Shown in pieces: positions 24,015-37,150 of a DNA stretch of 64,000 nucleotides. A program made the translations under genes and the position numbers. The notes under the pieces were generated by a model that saw only the letters and a list, made by a program, of their open reading frames with translations, did no database searches and was not told the origin of the DNA. This DNA is from Laetmonice hystrix (taxonomy: Eukaryota): the NCBI GenBank assembly GCA_965235115.1, contig OZ249449.1:5146001-5210000 (forward strand), in the 5' to 3' direction. Position 1 is the first letter of the stretch. Every line of letters begins with the position of its first letter.

Positions 24015-25465
24015 TCATCCCTGAGCCTGACTCAGTCCTCACAGATCAGGGACCACCCAACCCTGAGCCTCACTCAGTCCTCACAGATCAGGGACCACCC
24101 AACCCTGAGCCTGGCTCACAGATCAGGGACCACCCAACCCTGAGCCTGACTCAGTCCTCACAGATCAGGGACCACCAAACCCTGAGCCTGACTCAGTCCT
24201 CACAGATCAGAAACCACTCAACCCTGAGCCTGACTCAGTCCTCACAGATCAGGGACCACCCAACCCTGAGCCTGACTCAGTCCTCACAGATCAGGGACCA
24301 CCCAACCCTGAGCCTGACTCAGTCCTCACAGATCAGGGACCACCCAACCCTGAGCCTGACTCAGTCCTCACAGATCAGGGACCACTCAACCCTGAGCCTG
24401 ACTCAGTCCTCACGGATCAGGGACCACTCAACCCTGAGCCTGACTCAGTCCTCACGGATCAGGGACCACTCAACCCTGAGCCTGACTCAGTCCTCACGGA
24501 CCAGGGACCACCCAACCCTGAGCCTGACTCAGTCCTCACAGACCAGGACCTGGTACCACTCAACCCTGAGCCCGACTCAGTCTTCACGGATCAGGGACCA
24601 CCCAACCCTGAGCCTGACTCAGTCCTCACAGATCAGGGACCACCCAACCCTGAGCCTGACTCAGTCCTCACGGATCAGGGACCACCCAACCCTGAGCCTG
24701 ACTCAGTCCTCACAGACACAGATCAGGGACCACTCAACTCTGAGTCTGACTCAGTCCTCACAGATCAGGGACCACCCAACCCTGAGCCTGACTCAGTCCT
24801 CACAGACACAGATCAGGGACCACTCAACTCTGAGCCTGACTCAGTCCTCACAGATCAGGGACCACTCAACCCTGAGCCTGACTCAGTCCTCACAGATCAG
24901 GGACCACCCAACCCTGAGTCTGGCTCAGTCCTCACAGATCAGGGACCACTCAACTCTGAGCCTGACTCAGTCCTCACAGATCAGGGACCACCCAACCCTG
25001 AGCCTGACTCAGTCCTCACAGATCAGGGACCACCCAACCCTGAGCCTGACTCAGTCCTCACAGACCAGGGACCACCCAACCCTGAACCTGACTCAGTCCT
25101 CACAGATCAGGTACCACCCAACCCTGAGCCTGACTCAGTCCTCACAGATCAGGGACCACTCAACTCTGAGCCTGACTCAGTCCTCACAGATCAGGGACCA
25201 CCCAACCCTGAGCCTGACTCAGTCCTCACAGATCAGGGACCACCCAACCCTGAGCCTGACTCAGTCCTCACAGATCAGGGACCACTCAACCCTGACCCTG
25301 ACTCAGTCCTCACGGACCAGGGACCAACCAACTCTAAGCCTGACTCAGTCCTCACAGATCAGGGACCACCCAACCCTGAGCCTGACTCAGTCCTCACAGA
25401 TCTGGGACCACCCAACCCTGAGCCTGACTCAGTTCTCACAGATCAGGGACCACCCAACCCTGAGG
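24015..25465 (+). repeat. 42-bp minisatellite, about 34 copies
   Basis: Unit CCCTGAGCCTGACTCAGTCCTCACAGATCAGGGACCACCCAA; source of the 524-aa ORF. Confidence 0.95.
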
Positions 25466-25826
25466 CTGTGTCAATTCTCCTTACAGATCAAATGTTATTC
25501 CCCCATTGTCAATTTCCGACGAAACTAGGGGTTGTCATTAAGGGCAGGTGCAGAACTAGGACTAGGGATACGTATTTTGGGAGGTCTGGGGATCAAGAGA
25601 CTATAGTCTGTTCGGTCTAAGAGCTCGACTTCGGCCTCATTAAAGCTCTGACCTGCCCCCCCCCCTCCACCCGTCTGCCCACAGCTGGCGTATCACAAGC
25701 CTGTCATCGCCTGTCATTCAAGAATATGACCAAATTCCAAATTCCACGTGGTTCTGTGAAGTAACAGATTTTAAAGGGAATAGAAAAGTTCCTCACTAAC
25801 GTTTAGTTCTTACAACAAGATTTTAA

Positions 25827-26172
25827 AGGGAATAGAAAAGTTCCTCACTAACGTACCTTTGAACACCAGTAACACCATATAAAGTGTCTAAGGTCACACT
25901 GATAAGTGGAACACTGTCAACGGCGACTTTTTAAAAATACCGCCCGGGTCATTCGCTATTTCCCACGCGAGACAGAGGGAGCTATATCTATTAATAGATT
26001 GAGATAAGGGCCAAATAGGGTAAACAAACCGACGAAGCCAGCGGGAGAATGTCTCTACATTTCGGTTGATTATTCCTTTATTAAAGATCAGATAATCACA
26101 GAATTGTAGGTAAGAACAAGCTTGTTCATGCTGAACACCCTTATATTGATAGTTTGAACTTTTCTATTCCCT
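25827..26172. mobile_element. MITE with TTAA TSD (Kolobok-like) and a duplicated left end at 25775
   Basis: ttaa|AGGGAATAGAAAAGTTC ... GAACTTTTCTATTCCCT|ttaa. Confidence 0.75.
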
Positions 26173-26268
26173 TTAAGTCACTTAAAGAATAATTAAGGTC
26201 TCTTGCAGGTATGTTAGGCATATTTAATCATTTAAGGGCTACGTATGAGATAATAAAAAATGACTTAC

Positions 26269-26364
26269 AAGAGTGTCTCTGGGGCCGACCTCGGTGTGAA
26301 CTCGTGTGAATTTTGGCGGGAGGCTGCCAGCCTGGATACGTTCAAACTTGACTTGTACATCGCC
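26269..26364 (-). CDS. C2CD2L: C2CD2L-like exon 2 (SMP domain)
   Basis: cacag|GDVQVKFERIQAGSLPPKFTRVHTEVGPRDTL|gtaagt; 96 nt, phase 0-0. Confidence 0.9.
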
Positions 26365-26620
26365 CTGTGAACAAACAGAGAGTTGTCGAGAAACATTAGT
26401 AAGTGACTTCCCTTTGCACGAACAATATCTGTGTTTATCTACAGGTAGGTGGACACACCTGTCTGATCAATCAAAACACCTGGAAGGCCACAGATCTGTG
26501 CGAGTCAGGAAATACAATAACTTCTTTCTACTCGAGTTTTGACACCCATTGTTCACGTCACAAAGGGACGTTAATATTATACATTGCATAAACCATGATG
26601 TTAGACTTGGCATATACAAG

Positions 26621-26959
26621 CACTGGGGGATCCAGGGGGGGCCCAAGGGGCCCGCCCCCCCCCCTTAAATTTTCCTTTTCCCCGCTTTTTTTTAAGAAGA
26701 TGCATTATTCGGACCATGAAACCAGTATTCCAACAAAATTCTTTTAAAAAAGCCTCCTATATTAAACGTGATAGTAACATCGGGCCCAAAGGGGCCTCCT
26801 CAGTCATCCAGGAGCAACATAACTCTGGGCCATTGCGCATTGAAATAGATCAAAAGGGGCCCAAAATGGTTATAAATGCAATAAAATCATGCCGAGCGTA
26901 GCACGCTAAAAAAAAATTTCAGGTGGGCCCCCCTTATCAAAATCCTGGATCCCCCACTG
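26621..26959. mobile_element. MITE with 5-bp TSD (hAT5-like)
   Basis: TIR CA(C/G)TGGGGGATCCAGG / CCTGGATCCCCCACTG; ACAAG duplicated. Confidence 0.8.
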
Positions 26960-29900
26960 ACAAGGCTACATCTCACACGGCAACATCACCAGGAGATTTT
27001 GTTGTAAGAACTGTAGATTTGTATCACGAGTCCCAGCATCCTGGTCGCCGGACCCCTTAAAGAAACTTATCTCCATCCCTGGCCCTAACTCTAACCTCGT
27101 CCCCCAGTCACCTGGGAAAGTCACCTTGGGAGGGGATAATTGACAAGAGACAAGACACATACATCGTTCATAATAATTTAGTTCTGTTCAAGATGGATTC
27201 ATCATTCTCCACTCACTTAAAGAGCCCCCCTCTCTCGTCCTTAATGTACGCCTGACCGAGACCTTTCTTGATGGTCCAAGTCAGATCTGCTACACCAAGT
27301 ACCGCTACTATCACCCTCATTAAATCTAGATCTTCAGAAGCCGTTTCCCCACCCACACCTCAACAATGACCTTCCAGTCATTAACGGTAACCAGTCAGTA
27401 GGTTTACAGGGACCAGCCTCGTTCTGGGCGAGCCTCATTCTGAACGAGCCTCGTTCTGGGAGAACCTCGTTATGGGCTCAATCATCCATCCCCATGGTGA
27501 TCATCCATCATGGCCGTGTACACACTGCCCCTGGGAACATTAACACGTGCCTCCTTGGCCGAGACCAGAATAGACCCCCCCCCCCCCAACCCCCTTTTCC
27601 GCCAACCGCCAGGTTCTAATTTCACACGCTGATTTTACACCTCAGCGATCAATAGCTCACACTTCACGGACCCCAATCTGACGGCAAATGAAATCATGTC
27701 ATACAGCTGTCAGTATGGCGGGGGGTTTCATGTTCTACATTCGGCAGTCTGACAGACACATAGAACCTGGGCGCAGGCCTCGACCAGTCATTGTCAGCCC
27801 ACCGTTAAAGTGTCCATACTACACAATGTACGCACAATCCGGGACAATACTTGTTCTATATCTGTTACACTGATTTCTCGATTAATTCCCCCAAGCTAAC
27901 ATCTCCACGGAATCCTAACATGTCTCTATTTCTGGATCCAACTCAACTCTAATCCCTACCTCAGGTCTCAATACCTTACAATGCCTTATCCCTATCCCTA
28001 TCCCTATCCCTATCCCTGCCGCCGACCCCTATCCTGACCTCTACATTTTCTGGGAAGAGTACCGCCTGAGGATGTCATCTTAAATACCCGATACTCATCC
28101 CTAATCTCCATGCACTACTAACACCTCCCACTGACCGATTGAGGACCAACTCCAATACGAACTCGACCAATTCCTCATGTGTATGGTTTAAGTCTAGAAT
28201 TAACCCTGTCTGTGCAGTATTTGCGGCACATTTAAAATTTCAGCCTCAGTGACAAATGTACCAGATTTAATCTACACACATCAATCATACTGTAAGCGGG
28301 ACGCCGTGAGGCGGTCAGCCTGTCGACTGATATAGAATATTACTGAAGCCCGACGCGTCCCGACAGGTGCCCGTCCTCAATAACTGTCATCACTGACGCC
28401 TGCCTGCTCGGTACACTCCTGTCGTAACGTGACGCCAGGCACGGCTCAACTGACTGTGGCGCCTGTTGCTATGGTGATGTCTGTGTGTTGGGGGGGGGGG
28501 GGTATTATCAGTTTGGATGGTCAGGAGAGCGGTGAGCAAACAACTGGACATGGTGGTGTGTGGTCAGCTGGTCAAATACTCCCACAGCACCAGCCATTGT
28601 CCGAGAGGGTAGTCAGTCCATTCCACCATCTGACCTGACTGCTCGCTCCTCCAGTAACTAATATACCTGACTGCTACAGACTCCAGTACGTTCAACAGAA
28701 CTGACCTTTCTAGCCTCCAGAGAGATACAGATATGACCGTGCATGCAGCTGCTTAAATCGGTTCAGGTCAAGCCAGGCCTGCTGATCCGTCATTATGGAG
28801 AACCCTGCCGGTCTGTCCATGAATCTGACACTATAGAGAACCCTGGGCAAGGTCCGTTCATCCCATGTTGTGGAGAGCCTTGGTTAGGTTTGTCACTCTA
28901 CATTGTACTGCATGAGCGCGCCCTTGCCAAGCCTGTTGCGGATAGCCGCCGCCAGGTGGAAGTTCTCACGTACCCCTCCCTAGTCTTCAGTCACTCCACC
29001 CGGTGATCTCCCAGGCTGGTGCCTACCAACCCCGTCCCTGCTGCCAATGTACAGTACCCCACCCCATCCGGATCATCCCACCCCAGCAAGGTTGTCCTGA
29101 CAACTGACAACACCCCACCACAAACGTGATCCACCTGGGTATGGCTGGAGCCCGTGAGAACGCTGGGGGTTGGGGCGGTGGGTCAGAGTGGGGCCAGGAG
29201 GGGGTAGTTGGGCGTGGTAGTCCATGCTGGCATTTCCACGGAATTTGGTGGTGAAAAATGAAAATCTACCACTATTCGAGGCTCTAAACTTAAACGTGGC
29301 CCCTTCTCCCGGTCCCTGGACCTCTCAAAAACATATCCCTATCCATATCCCTGCCCCTAGACCCCTAATCAATGCCCACACTTTCATGGGAATGTTAGCA
29401 AGGGGAACGCCCACGCCCAGAGGGTCCTGTAGGTCGAAGAAGAATGTTGGAAGGGGGAGAGTGGAAGATGAGTTGAGTCCAAACTTTATATCCATGGAAA
29501 CAGGCGGCACAGCTAGTAACCACTTTGCAGCTATGGCTGTTTTTATGTTTTCATAACTCCCTTGCTATTCTGAAAGATAGAACCGCTTCTGAAATCAGCG
29601 GTGGATGGCAAGAAAATATTGTTTTAATCAATTAATATCGCAAGGGAGTCTGATTATTGCCACCTGGTAACATGCAAACGACATCTGGAGTATAGGCTTA
29701 CAGTTAGGGGCATGGTTAGGGATAGGGATACGAGTTTTGAGGTCTGTGGACCGGGACTAGAGGTTAGGGTTAGGGGCAGGGATAGGGATAGGATTTTTGA
29801 GGTCTGGGGACCGGACTAGAGGTTAGGGTTAGGGGCAGGGATAGGAATAGGATTTTTGAGGTCTGGGGACCGGACTAGAGGTTAGGGTTAGGGGCAGGGT

Positions 29901-32900
29901 TAGGGATAGGGATACGAAAAAAAAGAACTGGTCTTAGTTACGGCTGGTCCAAGTCCTACCGTTCGAAGATCTGGCGTCTGGAGAACACACGATAACCCAT
30001 TGAGAGACAACTGATTTGGAACCTTGCCGCAGATTGAGCCCACTGACGGGGTATGGGTTCTATTGCTAGATCCTTTTAGAAGAGTTGTGTCACACTTATC
30101 GCCGAGTTACACCCTCACCTCTCAAAGTGGACACACACAAACCGAGCCGAACTCTTCGTACTGTCAGAGACCGGTGCCTCTCAGTTCCCTACATTATACA
30201 CAGGTGCTAGTTGCTTTATATAACATCGTCCAGGTCGGGGACCACAGGAAGGGTGTGTATAACACAGCACAATGTTCTGCTACGATAGAAACAAAGTTCT
30301 GGTGAAATTCAAAGTCTTGAAGTACTATAGGTGTGACGTATAGAATTAAAACTTAATTTTGATACACATTTTGTGTTTGTAAAATTTGTTAGGCGTGCAA
30401 AAACGAGATATTTTGACAATCACAGAGCAAATGGTGAGGTAAGCGCCCTTTGCACATTGCAATCACGTGTGTATGTCTCGAGAGCCATTTGATATGCAAA
30501 TTACAATGTCAATATCAGGGCCAGGCTATTGTTGGACGCTCTATTGTTCTGCTTTTTGTTTGGCTCCCCACAAACGTACAAAGAAATGCACGCGTGAAAC
30601 ACTGCCCCTGTGGATCTATATACATGTATTCGTCGCGTATCGGACAGGACACAACATTGATTAACTGTTATCGCCTTATTCCCTACCATGTGATACAGAG
30701 CCAATGTCAGTGGTAGGAAGAGGATCTAGACCTAGGCGTAAGGCCAGGCTGGCCGACTCTACATGGTCAATACGGCAGTCCAAGGTTAGTAGGAACGTAC
30801 AAGTGTAAGTCGCCTATCACTGGGATAGAAAAAGTATTGACGCCTTCACAAAGTCATAAAGGATGCGAGTTGTCTGTTGCTGTCTCTTTGAGGTTCCTTC
30901 CCACACAAGTTAATTGCTTACTTTACCTTAATCTTTATCTTAATCTTAATCTTTGATCTGTTTGTCAACTCTAATTCCATGATTACACCAGACCAAACAG
31001 ACATGTATAATCATCTTTGCTTCACCTGAAAATAGACTTAATATAAACTTTTCTTAGCTAAATTAATTAATTAATCAATCAATTAAATAGTCTCTTTTTC
31101 TCTCTTCCCAATAACAGTTTACTTCCAATCAAACTTCAATTTGTGTGGACACAAAAGATAATCGTCAGTGATAATCTCCAGCGTGTGTCGGTCGGTGCCC
31201 TCGTAACACTCCAACCCCATAGTCCCAGCCCTCAGACCTCCCAAAAACCGTATCCCTATCCATATCCCTGCCCTGACCTCTTCCCCCAAACCGTATCCCT
31301 ACCCATATCCCTTCCCTGACCTCTTCCCCCAATCTCGGGGGGATGTTTACCATGGGGGAATAACCATATCACTTTAAATCCCCTTCCGGTCACAAACACA
31401 TCGATTAAAAGTATTGCCATGGCAACAGATAGACGCAGTTCCTGCAGGACAGACAACCAGGCAGATATCGGCCCCTGTTTATATCTATCAATCAGGCACT
31501 GATTACAGGTAGGCACGATATCACAGGTGACAAAACCACCAGGTATTTACAGGGGTTGGAAACGATCTCGTTCAAAGATATGAAGAGAACCGTTGTGATG
31601 GTCGACGTCCCTCATCGATACATCTCCATGAAACCATATCTAAGCAGACCAGCCAATCAGAAGCGTTACGCTGAAACTCAAGCAAGATGTGAAGTTTTTA
31701 GGAACTGGGCCCTAGACTTAACACCTTCTCTCTGTGGAGATTGGTCCGGTGGATTAGGACGCCCCCTCCCCTCCCGTCCGACTAGACAGAGATCAGCCCC
31801 ACCCCAAGGTCATACATGAAGGTCATGTTGCTGATCGCTACGGGTCAATCAAACCCTAGCACAGCATATCCCCATTGTGACTACATCCTTGAAGTAATAC
31901 TAAGGGGATTAACAAGTATCACACCAGTCCCAAAACCGCTATATAACTCAGCGGAGGTAACGCAACTTTACCCCAACCCCATTTCAGTTCAAGGGGTGAG
32001 TGATAGCGCCCCCTTCCCTCACACACAGCGTTCCGTACTACATTCCCGGCGTCCACTCAAATCACCTTCAGGAGGAACGCCCCCTGCAGCGTTCCTCTGT
32101 CCCACTTATGATCTCACCCCTGCACCTCCTCTCTACCCTCCAGATGGTCCCATAAACTAGGCCATCCCTCACCTGGAGAGACCATCATCGACAGGCAACA
32201 ACTCTGGAGGATTGACCTTTGACATTTGTAGGGAGCCTGCTGAGGGCCATTACCTTGAAAAAGCTGATAGCGTCCCTGAATTACCGTAAACCGCAGCGAT
32301 CTCAAAATATCGTTCAATTACATGTCTTTAAGAACTTTATACCATTAAGTGGAAACATATACTTTAAAAAACGCAAAAAGAGGCTATGAAATATGATGCA
32401 AAAACATATTTTTAAAAATAAGAAACTAATACATGCTTCTATATACCTGCGTTGCAAGCCCTCGAAATAGTTTACATACGTTCAGGTACTTATTCCAAGC
32501 ACACACATCCGCCTCAACCAAGGGGGTATAACTTCCTACCCCATTTACCTTGGCACCCCACTTGAGTGAGGGTGACTTTCCGATCTAGGGTGACGCCAAC
32601 TGTGCCAAGGGTACGTCTTACCCCACCAAAATAAATATCCCACATCCTAAAGGTCAAAGGTCGCATGTTATTCTCAAACAGACGCTTCCGTTTGAGGAAT
32701 GCTGGGTAAACTTAGTATGGGGTCAGATTGGGGTACGAACTTGGGGCAATTTACGGTTCAGTGCTGGGGGTGTGGGAGGGCAGGAACGTAACCCGGTGAC
32801 TGTGTTCAATGCAAGCCTCCTTGATCTTGGCATTTAGTGTAATATTATTCGTCTGTTCCGTCGTGATTCTGACCAGCGCTGCTATCGACTGTAATATTAA

Positions 32901-33029
32901 TATCGGGAATCTTTGTGATGCTACTGTGCCATGTCTCCATGACCTATGTTGCTACTATGTGGTATCTCTAGGGACTAGCATGCTACTATATTATGATATA
33001 TCTATAATCTATTATGCTATTATCCATAT

Positions 33030-34440
33030 CCCTGACCCTAGATACAGCTCAGTCCCCAGACCTCCCAAAGAAACTTTTCCATATCCCTGACCCTACAGCT
33101 CAGTCCCCAGACCTCCCAAAGAAACTTTTCCATATCCCTGACCCTACAGCTCAGTCCCTAGACCTCCCAAAGAAACTTCAATATCCCTGACCCTACAGCT
33201 CAGTCCCTAGACATCCCAAAGAAACTTATTCATATTCCTGACCCTACAGCTCAGTCCCCAGACCTCCCAAAGAAACTTCAATATCCCTGACCCTACAGGT
33301 CCCTAGACCTCCCAAAGAAACTTATTCATATCCCTGACCCTACAGCTCAGTCCCTAGACCTCCCAAAGAAACGTATCCATATCCCTGACCCTACAGCTCA
33401 GTCCCTAGACCTCCCAAAGAAACGTATCCATATCCCTGACCCTACAGCTCAGTCCCTAGACCTCCCAAAGAAACTTATCCATATCCCTGACCCTACAGCT
33501 CAGTCCCTAGACCTCCCAAAGAAACTTATCCATATCCCTGACCCTACAGCTCAGTCCCTAGACCTCCCAAAGAAACTTATCCATATCCCTGACCCTACAG
33601 CTCAGTCCCTAGACCTCCCAAAGAAACTTATCCATATCCCTGACCCTACAGCTCAGTCCCTAGACCTCCCAAAGAAACTTCAATATCCCTGGCCCTACAG
33701 CTCAGTCCCTAGACCTCCCAAAGAAACTTCAATATCCCTGACCCTACAGCTCAGTCCCTAGACCTCCCAAAGAAACTTCAATATCCCTGACCCTACAGCT
33801 CAGTCCCCAGACCTCCCAAAGAAACTTATCCATATCCCTGACCCTACAGCTCAGTCCCCAGACCTCCCAAAGAAACTTCAATATCCCTGACCCTACAGCT
33901 CAGTCCCTAGACCTCCTAAAGAAACTTCAATATCCCTGACCCTACAGCTCAGTCCCTAGACCTCCCAAAGAAACTTCAATATCCCTGACCCTACAGCTCA
34001 GTCCCCAGACCTCCCAAAGAAACTTCAATATCCCTGACCCTACAGCTCAGTCCCCAGACCTCCCAAAGAAACTTCAATATCCCTGACCCTACAGCTCAGT
34101 CCCTGGACCTCCTAAAGAAACTTTTCCATATCCCTGACCCTACAGCTCAGTCCCTGGACATCCCAAAGAAACTTATCCATATCCCTGACCCTACAGCTCA
34201 GTCCCTAGACCTCCCAAAGAAACTTTTTCATATCCCTGACCCTACAGCTCAGTCCCTAGACCTCCCAAAGAAACTTCCATATCCCTGACCCTACAGCTCA
34301 GTCCCTAGACCTCCCAAAGAAACTTCAATATCCCTGACCCTACAGCTCAGTCCCTAGACCTCCCAAAGAAACTTCAATATCCCTGACCCTACAGCTCAGT
34401 CCCTAGACCTCCCAAAGAAACTTTTCCATATCCCTGACCA
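33030..34440 (+). repeat. Tandem array of about 28 x 49-51 bp, derived from the dominant element core
   Basis: Unit TCCCTGACCCTACAGCTCAGTCCCTAGACCTCCCAAAGAAACTTATCCATA; no element termini at either flank. Confidence 0.9.
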
Positions 34441-36684
34441 GTCTTTGTCTCGAAGGCAGACGAAGAGTCTCACAGATAATTGACACTTCGTTCAGAAAAA
34501 GCTCTGGTCTATAAGCCACCCTCATAATATTGCATCCATATTTCATCCACAACTCTCAAAAGCTTGCGTGAGTTCCTCCAAAAGAGCAACTCAATGAACA
34601 TACGATAGGGCATGGGGGCCAGGCATGAGAAAAATTGATATGAGATACTTTTACTGTCCCAGAAACTTGACATCAGGTACTTTCATTCACCTAGAAAACT
34701 GACATCAGGCAATCCTGCTCAACCAGAAAAATGACATCAGGCAATTCTATTCAGCCATAAATTCGGAGTCACAGCTGTATTTTGTTGGAGATCTTAGCAA
34801 TCTGTAAGACTTTCCAGTCTCGAAAGCCTCTTGTTTCTAGGAGGCATTCTCACAACCGCACCATGGCTAAAAATAAAACACTTTTCTTAAAACGATCTTT
34901 TTCATTATCAGTCTGAAATGGAACCTGAGCAATGATTCATTGGTTGCCATAGAGCTCTTGAACAGTTTTGATAAAAACTCCTTGATATATGAGAATGGAC
35001 AGAGGCTGTAATTATCACAGTCTCCATGACAACATCTCGGTAGGTGCTCCTTCTTCTTAGTCAGAGCCAAATTCAATTTTTAAATGAAAAAAAAACATAA
35101 AATAAGATTTCCCTTAACTTAAAATACCTCAGATTCCCAAGGACGTAATCAGCATTTTTGGCGGTGGAAAGTTTTCCACTCTGCCTTCAGATTGACGCCA
35201 TTTAGTTACCCATATTGGCTGTTCATTGTGCTTTCCCCAATGGTAAAATTCCCACAAAAATGGAGGTTAGGGTTAGGGGTAGGGATAGGGATAAAGATAC
35301 GTTTCTTATGAGGTACGTGGACCTGGACTTTTGGATGATAAGGAGTAGGTTTGAGCTAGGAAAAGCGACAGATCCTTAGTTCCGACCCCAAAGTTCATGA
35401 GATGTTAAAATGGGGAGTACATGTATACGGCTCTAGAACTATCCAAACCGGCCTCTAGTGTGTACTGTCAGTTTAAAGTTGATCTAAGGGAGAGTGTCGA
35501 AGTAGGAATGTAAACAGGTCACTCCAACAGGTCGACTTGTTTAATATGGCGTCCACAACTCTGATAGAAATAGGAGACTGTTTGACTTAGCTTTCTAATT
35601 ATCAATCACTCACTTGGCTGTGCATACTGCTAACTGTCCTCAGGACATCCAAACACTCCAACAGTGCGATACGGATTTCCAGGGACCCTCGGAAATTGAC
35701 AGATTTGTGGATGGCATCTGGGAGGGACCTGTTCCTGGAACACCTGCAGCTGATGAGGTAGCCGAACTGCAGATTTGGATGGAAGGATCTTGGGCCAAAT
35801 TCACTAACAATGTGCCGTGCCAATGTCTCTGACATATGTTCCAAGGTTGAAGACATTGATTGAGACATTTCTACTGAAACGGCCCCTAGGTGCATGGGTC
35901 CAACATTTGGAAGAAGAAGAGGGACAGGGCCATCCCGATAGATGCAAGTCTAAGAGGATTAGACATTGATTCCGAGTCTTGCCCAGAATCCTGGTCAGAG
36001 ACCGCAGTGCAAGTCTAGGCGGTGCAATCTCAGCACACAGTCAACCAGAACAGTAGGCAGGGACCTTGTGCATGTTTATGCAGCGCTGACATTGGGAAAT
36101 CAATATTTGGCTCTGCCTCAGCAAATACCAGTAGTAGGGCAGGTCCTGAAGGCTTCCCGCGACGGTCCGAGAGACAACACCGACTGGCGACTTCACCTTA
36201 TATCCTGGGTGGTACGACTGACTTCAGATCTACCTCTTCAAACCCGGCAGCCTATTTTTCCTTTTTCTCCACTGAACTTCTGAATTGACCATGCTAAACC
36301 TCCCCCAAGCAAATTCTCCGCCCTCCTTGCAAAAATCCTGGATTCGACCCAGACTACTTCTCCATTGTAACCTTCCCACGATGCGTAGGTGTAAGAGTTA
36401 GGGGCAGGGACAGGGATAGAGATAGGGATTTTGTGAAAGTCTAGGGACTAGGAGTATGGGGGATAAATCGAAATTAACCCAGTCTTGGATCCCGTGGGTT
36501 TCCCTCCATATAAACCTTTGGTTGTCCAAAATGATGATTTTTTTTTTAACTTTTATGATGGTGGAATGTTTAATAACGGTAATATCTTTTTCAACATTCC
36601 ACCCTCCCACCATGAGATGAAGGCGTCTGCCGTCTCCTTTAGTTCGGCCCCAGTCTATTAAACGACCACCACTTCATCACCATC

Positions 36685-37150
36685 ATACCACCACCATCAC
36701 AGTCAGCGCTCTGTGACTGCATTAATTCTCCACAAATACCACCACCATCACAGTCAGCGCTCTGTGACTGCATTAATTCTCCACAAATACCACCACCATC
36801 ACAGTCAGCGCTCTGTGACTGCATTAATTCTCTACAAATACCACCACCATCACAGTCAGCGCTCGGTGACTGCATTAATTCTACACAAATACCATCACCA
36901 TCACAGTCAGCGCTCTGTGACTGCATTAATTCTCCACAAATACCACCACCATTACAGTCAGCGCTCTGTGACTGCATTAATTCTCCACAAATACCACCAC
37001 CATCACAGTCAGCGCTCTGTGACTGCATTAATTCTCCACAAATACCACCACCATCACAGTCAGCGCTCTGTGACTGCATTAATTCTCCACAAATACCACC
37101 ACCATCACAGTCAGCGCTCTGTGACTGCATTAATTCTCCACAAATACCAC
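36685..37150 (+). repeat. 51-bp minisatellite, about 9 copies
   Basis: Unit CACAGTCAGCGCTCTGTGACTGCATTAATTCTCCACAAATACCACCACCAT. Confidence 0.95.

Noticed and set aside
23954-25528. 524-aa ORF, the longest in the track
   Set aside because: It arises from a 42-bp minisatellite that is stop-free in two frames. It switches frame within the array, has no splice or domain support, and lies antisense in a host intron.
33030-34440. CRISPR-like appearance of the regular arrays (also 24.0 kb and 49.7 kb)
   Set aside because: There are no unique spacers, the units are directly tandem, and the context is a eukaryotic intron.
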